A stretch of DNA of 64,000 bases from NCBI RefSeq assembly GCF_020745735.1, contig NC_083435.1, positions 36,357,090 through 36,421,089 of the forward strand. The letters run 5' to 3'. Under the pieces are notes generated by a model. That model did not search any database. It was not told the DNA's origin and saw only the letters and a list, made by a program, of their open reading frames with translations. Position 1 is the stretch's first letter, and the number at the start of each line of letters is the position of its first letter. Below, piece by piece: positions 59,979 through 64,000 of this stretch. Source of the DNA: Hemiscyllium ocellatum. Lineage: Eukaryota. Made by a program: the position numbers and the translations under genes.

Positions 59979-62882
59979 TTGGGAGGGTTTAAACTAACTC
60001 CGCAAGGGCATCGGAACCTGGACTGTAGCTTTAGGGTACAGGACCTTGAGTGTAGGGAGGTTAGGAACAAGGCATCGATCTCGAAGGAGGGTGCCTGTAA
60101 ACAGGAAGGTGGCTTGAAGTGTGTATACTTCAATGCCAGAAGTATAAGAAATAAGGTAGGTGAACTTGCAGCGTGGGTTTGTACCTGGGACTTCGATGTT
60201 GTGGCCATTACAGAGACGTGGGTAGAACAGGGACAGGAATGGCTGTTGCAGGTTCCAGGGTTTAAATGTTTTAGTAGGGTCAGAGATGGGGGTAAAAGAG
60301 GGGGAGGTGTGGCATTACTAGTCAAAGATAGTATTACAGCGGTGGAAAGGACGATGGAGGAAGACTTGCCATCTGAGGTAGTTTGGGCTGAGGTTAGAAA
60401 TAGGAAAGGTGAGGTCACCCTGTTAGGTGTTTTCTACAGGCCTCCTAATAGTCCGAGAGAAGTAGAGGATAGTATTGCGAGGATGATTCAGGAGACGAGT
60501 GAAAGTAGCAGGGTGGTTGTTATGGGGGACTTTAACTTCCCAGATATTGACTGGGAAAGCTATAGCTCGAGTTCGTTAGATGGATCGGTGTTTGTCCAAT
60601 GTGTGCAGGAGGGTTTCCTGACACAATATGTAGACAGGCCAACAAGAGGTGAGGCAACACTGGATTTGGTTCTAGGTAATGAACCAGTCCAGGTGTTAGA
60701 CTTGGAGGTAGGTGAGCACTTCGGGGACAGTGACCACAACTCGGTGACTTTTACTTTAGTGATGGAGAGGGATAAGTGTGCACTGCAGGGCAAGAGTTAT
60801 AGCTGGGGGCAGGGAAATTATGATGCGGTGAGGCATGACTTAGGATGCGTGGATTGGAAAAACAGGCTTCAAGATAAGAACACTAATGATATGTGGAGAT
60901 TGTTCAAGGAACAGCTATTGAGTGTCCTTGATAAGTATGTACCAGTCAGGCAGGGAGTAAAGGGTCTTATGAGGGAGCCGTGGTTTAATAAGGAATTGGA
61001 ATCCCTTGTAAAAGGGAAGAGGGCGGCCTATGTAAGGATGAGGCGTGAAGGTTCAGTTGGGGCGATTGAGAGTTATAAGGTAGCCAGGAAGGATCTAAAG
61101 AGAGAGCTAAGAGCAGCGAGAAGGGGACATGAAAAGTCCTTAGTTGGTAGGATTAGGGAAAACCCAAAAGCTTTCTATAGGTTTGTCAGGAATAAAAGGA
61201 TGACTAGGGTAGGTATCGGTCCAGTCAAGGATAGTAGTGGGAAGTTGTGCGTGGAGGCGGAGGAGATTGGAGAGACACTAAATCAATACTTTTCATCAGT
61301 ATTCACTCAGGAACAGGACACTGTTGCTGGTGTGAATATTGAGTCACAAGTGATTAGAATGGATGGCATTGAAGTATGTAGGGAAGAGGTTTTGGGAATA
61401 CTGGAAAGGATGAAAATAGATAAGTCTCCTGGGCCTGATGGCATTTACCCTAGGATCCTCTGGGAAGCTAGGGAGGAGATAGCAGAGCCATTGGTCTTGA
61501 TTTTTATGTCGTCATTGTCAACGGGAATAGTACCAGAAGACTGGAGGATAGCGAATGTGGTCCCCTTGTTCAAGAAGGGGAGTAGGGATAGCCCGAGTAA
61601 CTATAGGCCAGTGAGTCTCACTTCTGTGGTGGGCAAAGTCTTAGAGAGAATTGTAAGGGATAAGATTTATGAACATCTGGATAGGAATAATGTGATCAAG
61701 GATAGTCAGCATGGTTTTGTGACGGGCAGGTCGTGCCTCACAAACCTTATTGAGTTCTTTGAGAAGGTGACTAAGGAGGTGGACGAGGGTAAAGCAGTAG
61801 ATGTGGTGTATATGGATTTTAGCAAGGCTTTCGATAAGGTACCCCATGGTAGGCTACTGCAAAAACTACGGAGGTATGGCATTGAGGGTGCATTAGAGGT
61901 TTGGATTAGGAATTGGCTGGCTGGAAGGAGACAGAGGGTAGTAGTTGATGGACTAGGTTCATCTTGGAGTGCAGTTACTAGCGGTGTACCACAAGGATCT
62001 GTTTTGGGACCATTGCTGTTTGTTATCTTTATAAATGATCTAGAGGAGGGGCTTGAAAGCTGGGTGAGCAAGTTTGCGGATGACACAAAAGTCGGTGGAG
62101 TTGTGGACAGTGAAGAAGGATGTGGCAGGTTACAGCGGGATATAGACAAGTTGCAGAGCTGGGCAGAAAGGTGGCAAATGGAATTCAATGTAACTAAGTG
62201 TGAAGTCATTCACTTTGGTAGGAGTAACAAGAAGATGGATTACTGGGCTAATGGTAGGCTACTTGGTAGTGTGGATGAGCAGAGGGATCTTGGTGTCCAT
62301 GTACACAGATCTCTGAAAGTTGCCACCCAGGTAAATAGTGCTGTGAGGAAGGCATATGGTGTACTGGGCTTTATTGGTAGAGGAATTGAGTTCCGGAGTC
62401 CTGAGGTCATGTTGCAGTTGTATAAGACTCTGGTGCGGCCTCATCTGGAGTATTGTGTGCAGTTTTGGTCGCCATACTATAGGAAGGATGTGGAGGCATT
62501 GGAACGAGTGCAGAGGAGATTTACCAGGATGTTGCCTGGCATGGTAGGAAAATCGTATGAGGAAAGACTGAGGCACTTGGGGCTGTTCTCATTGGAGAAA
62601 AGAAGGTTTAAGGGAGATTTGATAGAGGTGTATAAGATGATTAGGGGTTTAGATAGGGTAGACACTGAGAACCTTTTACCGCTAATGGAGTCAGCTGTTA
62701 CTAGGGGACACAGCTTTAAATTAAGGGGTGGTAGGTATAGGACAGATGTTAGGGGTAGATTTTTTACTCAGCGGGTTGTGAGTTCATGGAATGCCCTGCC
62801 AGTAGCAGTGGTGAACTCTCCCTCTTTATGGTCATTTAATCGGGCATTGGATAAGCACATAGAAGTTATTGGGCTAGTGTAG
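59979..62882 (+). CDS. CR1 ORF2: APE endonuclease plus reverse transcriptase (intact, 967 aa)
   Basis: YFNARSIRNK, ITETW, YRPPNS, MGDFNFPDIDW, LDLVL, SDH; [35 protein letters not shown]. The actual start codon is uncertain. Confidence 0.95.
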   Translation: MGGFKLTPQGHRNLDCSFRVQDLECREVRNKASISKEGACKQEGGLKCVYFNARSIRNKVGELAAWVCTWDFDVVAITETWVEQGQEWLLQVPGFKCFSRVRDGGKRGGGVALLVKDSITAVERTMEEDLPSEVVWAEVRNRKGEVTLLGVFYRPPNSPREVEDSIARMIQETSESSRVVVMGDFNFPDIDWESYSSSSLDGSVFVQCVQEGFLTQYVDRPTRGEATLDLVLGNEPVQVLDLEVGEHFGDSDHNSVTFTLVMERDKCALQGKSYSWGQGNYDAVRHDLGCVDWKNRLQDKNTNDMWRLFKEQLLSVLDKYVPVRQGVKGLMREPWFNKELESLVKGKRAAYVRMRREGSVGAIESYKVARKDLKRELRAARRGHEKSLVGRIRENPKAFYRFVRNKRMTRVGIGPVKDSSGKLCVEAEEIGETLNQYFSSVFTQEQDTVAGVNIESQVIRMDGIEVCREEVLGILERMKIDKSPGPDGIYPRILWEAREEIAEPLVLIFMSSLSTGIVPEDWRIANVVPLFKKGSRDSPSNYRPVSLTSVVGKVLERIVRDKIYEHLDRNNVIKDSQHGFVTGRSCLTNLIEFFEKVTKEVDEGKAVDVVYMDFSKAFDKVPHGRLLQKLRRYGIEGALEVWIRNWLAGRRQRVVVDGLGSSWSAVTSGVPQGSVLGPLLFVIFINDLEEGLESWVSKFADDTKVGGVVDSEEGCGRLQRDIDKLQSWAERWQMEFNVTKCEVIHFGRSNKKMDYWANGRLLGSVDEQRDLGVHVHRSLKVATQVNSAVRKAYGVLGFIGRGIEFRSPEVMLQLYKTLVRPHLEYCVQFWSPYYRKDVEALERVQRRFTRMLPGMVGKSYEERLRHLGLFSLEKRRFKGDLIEVYKMIRGLDRVDTENLLPLMESAVTRGHSFKLRGGRYRTDVRGRFFTQRVVSSWNALPVAVVNSPSLWSFNRALDKHIEVIGLV

Positions 62883-63285
62883 GTTAGGTAGGATTTGGTC
62901 GGTGCAACATCGAGGGCTGAAGGGCCTGTACTGCTGTATTTTTCTATGTTCTAAAATGAACCTAGATTTCAGTGGGCTGAGTATTTTAACTAATCATTTC
63001 CTAGCTTTGATTTGATTTCATTTGATTTATTTGTTGTGATGTGTTTTTTTGTTACAAAATACAGTAAAAAGTGTTGTATGGTGTTACCATTCACTGGCAT
63101 CATCTTAAAACACACACAAAAACCCAAAGCATTGAATATTCAGGCAGCAAAATAAAGGAAACCATGTTCAACTTGACAGTCCCTCTTGTTCACTGCCTCC
63201 CCCATGGACCTGGGGATGAGGTACGAGGCCCCCTTTGCCAAGCTGCTGCTGGCACGGAAGTGTCTACCCTTCAGCATGGTCTTGC

Positions 63286-63330
63286 CCCCCCCCCCCCCCC
63301 CCCCCCCCCCCCACCCCCGCCCACCCCCCC
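63286..63330. repeat. Poly-C tract
   Basis: About 26 consecutive C followed by C-rich sequence. Confidence 0.9.
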
Positions 63331-63554
63331 CACTGAGACCCTCACCATGTTCTACTGGGTGGGGGCTGCTTCCAGATTCCCGAGATAAGTGATGACAAAG
63401 TGCAAGTGAATTCTATCATCACTGACCTTTCATCATCATCATCATCAACTGGAATGGCGGAGGGGATGGTCCATCTTGGTTTCATTTTGACAAACCCATT
63501 TTCAGAAATGTCCATTTTCAACTGTAAAATAAAAACATCAAACCCTGGAACAGC

Positions 63555-63840
63555 TCAATGACACAGTGGCTCAGGGGTTAGCACTGCTGCCTCACAGCAC
63601 CAGAGACCGCGGTTCGATTCCAGTCCCAGACAACTGTTTTCGTGGCATTGGCACGTCCTCCCAGTGTCTGCGTGGGTTTCCTCCCACAGCCCAATGATGT
63701 GCAGGTTCGGTTAATTGTCCATTCTGTTTAGGGATGTGAAGGTTAGGTTCATTCGTCAGGGCAAATGTACAGCAATTGATTGGAGGGGAGGTGGGTTACC
63801 CTTCAGAGGGTCGAAAGGCCTGTTCTCACAGTGTCGGGGT
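63555..63840 (+). mobile_element. Degenerate V-SINE
   Basis: GTGGCTCAGGGGTTAGCACTGCTGCCTCACAG...GGTTCGATTCC...AAGGCCTGTTCTCACAGTG. Confidence 0.7.
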
Positions 63841-64000
63841 TCGATAATCTGGCAGCATCAATGGAAACACAGCAAACAGTTTGAGTCTGATTTGACTTTT
63901 CAGAACTGGTTCAGAAGAAGCCTCATATCAAACTTGAAACATTACCTCTGTTCCGCGTGCTGCCAGACTTGGAGTTTCTCCATCAATTTTTTGTTTTTAT

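Larger units (their letters stand above)
58744..62952 (+). mobile_element. Full-length CR1 LINE (5' UTR, ORF1, ORF2, 3' tail)
   Basis: CpG-containing 5' UTR; ORF1 pieces at 59081-59932; uninterrupted ORF2; tail GGGCCTGTACTGCTGTATTTTTCTATGTTCTA. No TSD recognised. Confidence 0.93.

Noticed and set aside
63071-63392. Poly-proline ORFs suggesting a formin- or WASP-like protein
   Set aside because: They are simply the translation of a poly-C tract, with no splice or domain context.
19-63392. Most of the short ORFs in the six-frame track
   Set aside because: They are antisense or off-frame readings of SINE, LINE and LTR relics or simple repeats. Many recur only because of the segmental duplication.

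Overview
Vertebrate genomic DNA, almost certainly from a cartilaginous fish. The V-SINE, CR1, Rex1, Tx1 and Penelope repeat mix points to a shark; a carpet or bamboo shark is my inference. The core is two tandem, + strand, non-classical MHC class I heavy-chain genes: gene 1 (16517-26428) and gene 2 (42490-57640). Each has an SXY-type promoter, a leader, alpha1, alpha2, alpha3, TM and two cytoplasmic exons, followed by a 61-bp minisatellite. Both lack the alpha2 C101-C164 disulfide. Gene 1 has a microhomology-bounded deletion in alpha3 and a +1 G at its leader donor. Gene 2 has intact coding exons but two damaged splice donors. About 13 kb upstream of each gene, including promoter and leader, is a near-identical duplication (4032-~17175 vs 29981-~43140), although the alpha1 and alpha2 domains are only about 53% and 65% identical (manual count). 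The rest is retroelement-rich: a Tx1-clade LINE joined directly to a 5'-truncated U1 snRNA gene, other Tx1 pieces, short hammerhead-bearing Penelope-derived hairpin inserts (two with 15-bp TSDs), Rex1/Babar, Gypsy relics, V-SINEs, CR1 fragments and one full-length CR1 with an intact 967-aa ORF2. All identities and boundaries were read by eye, and no database searches were run.
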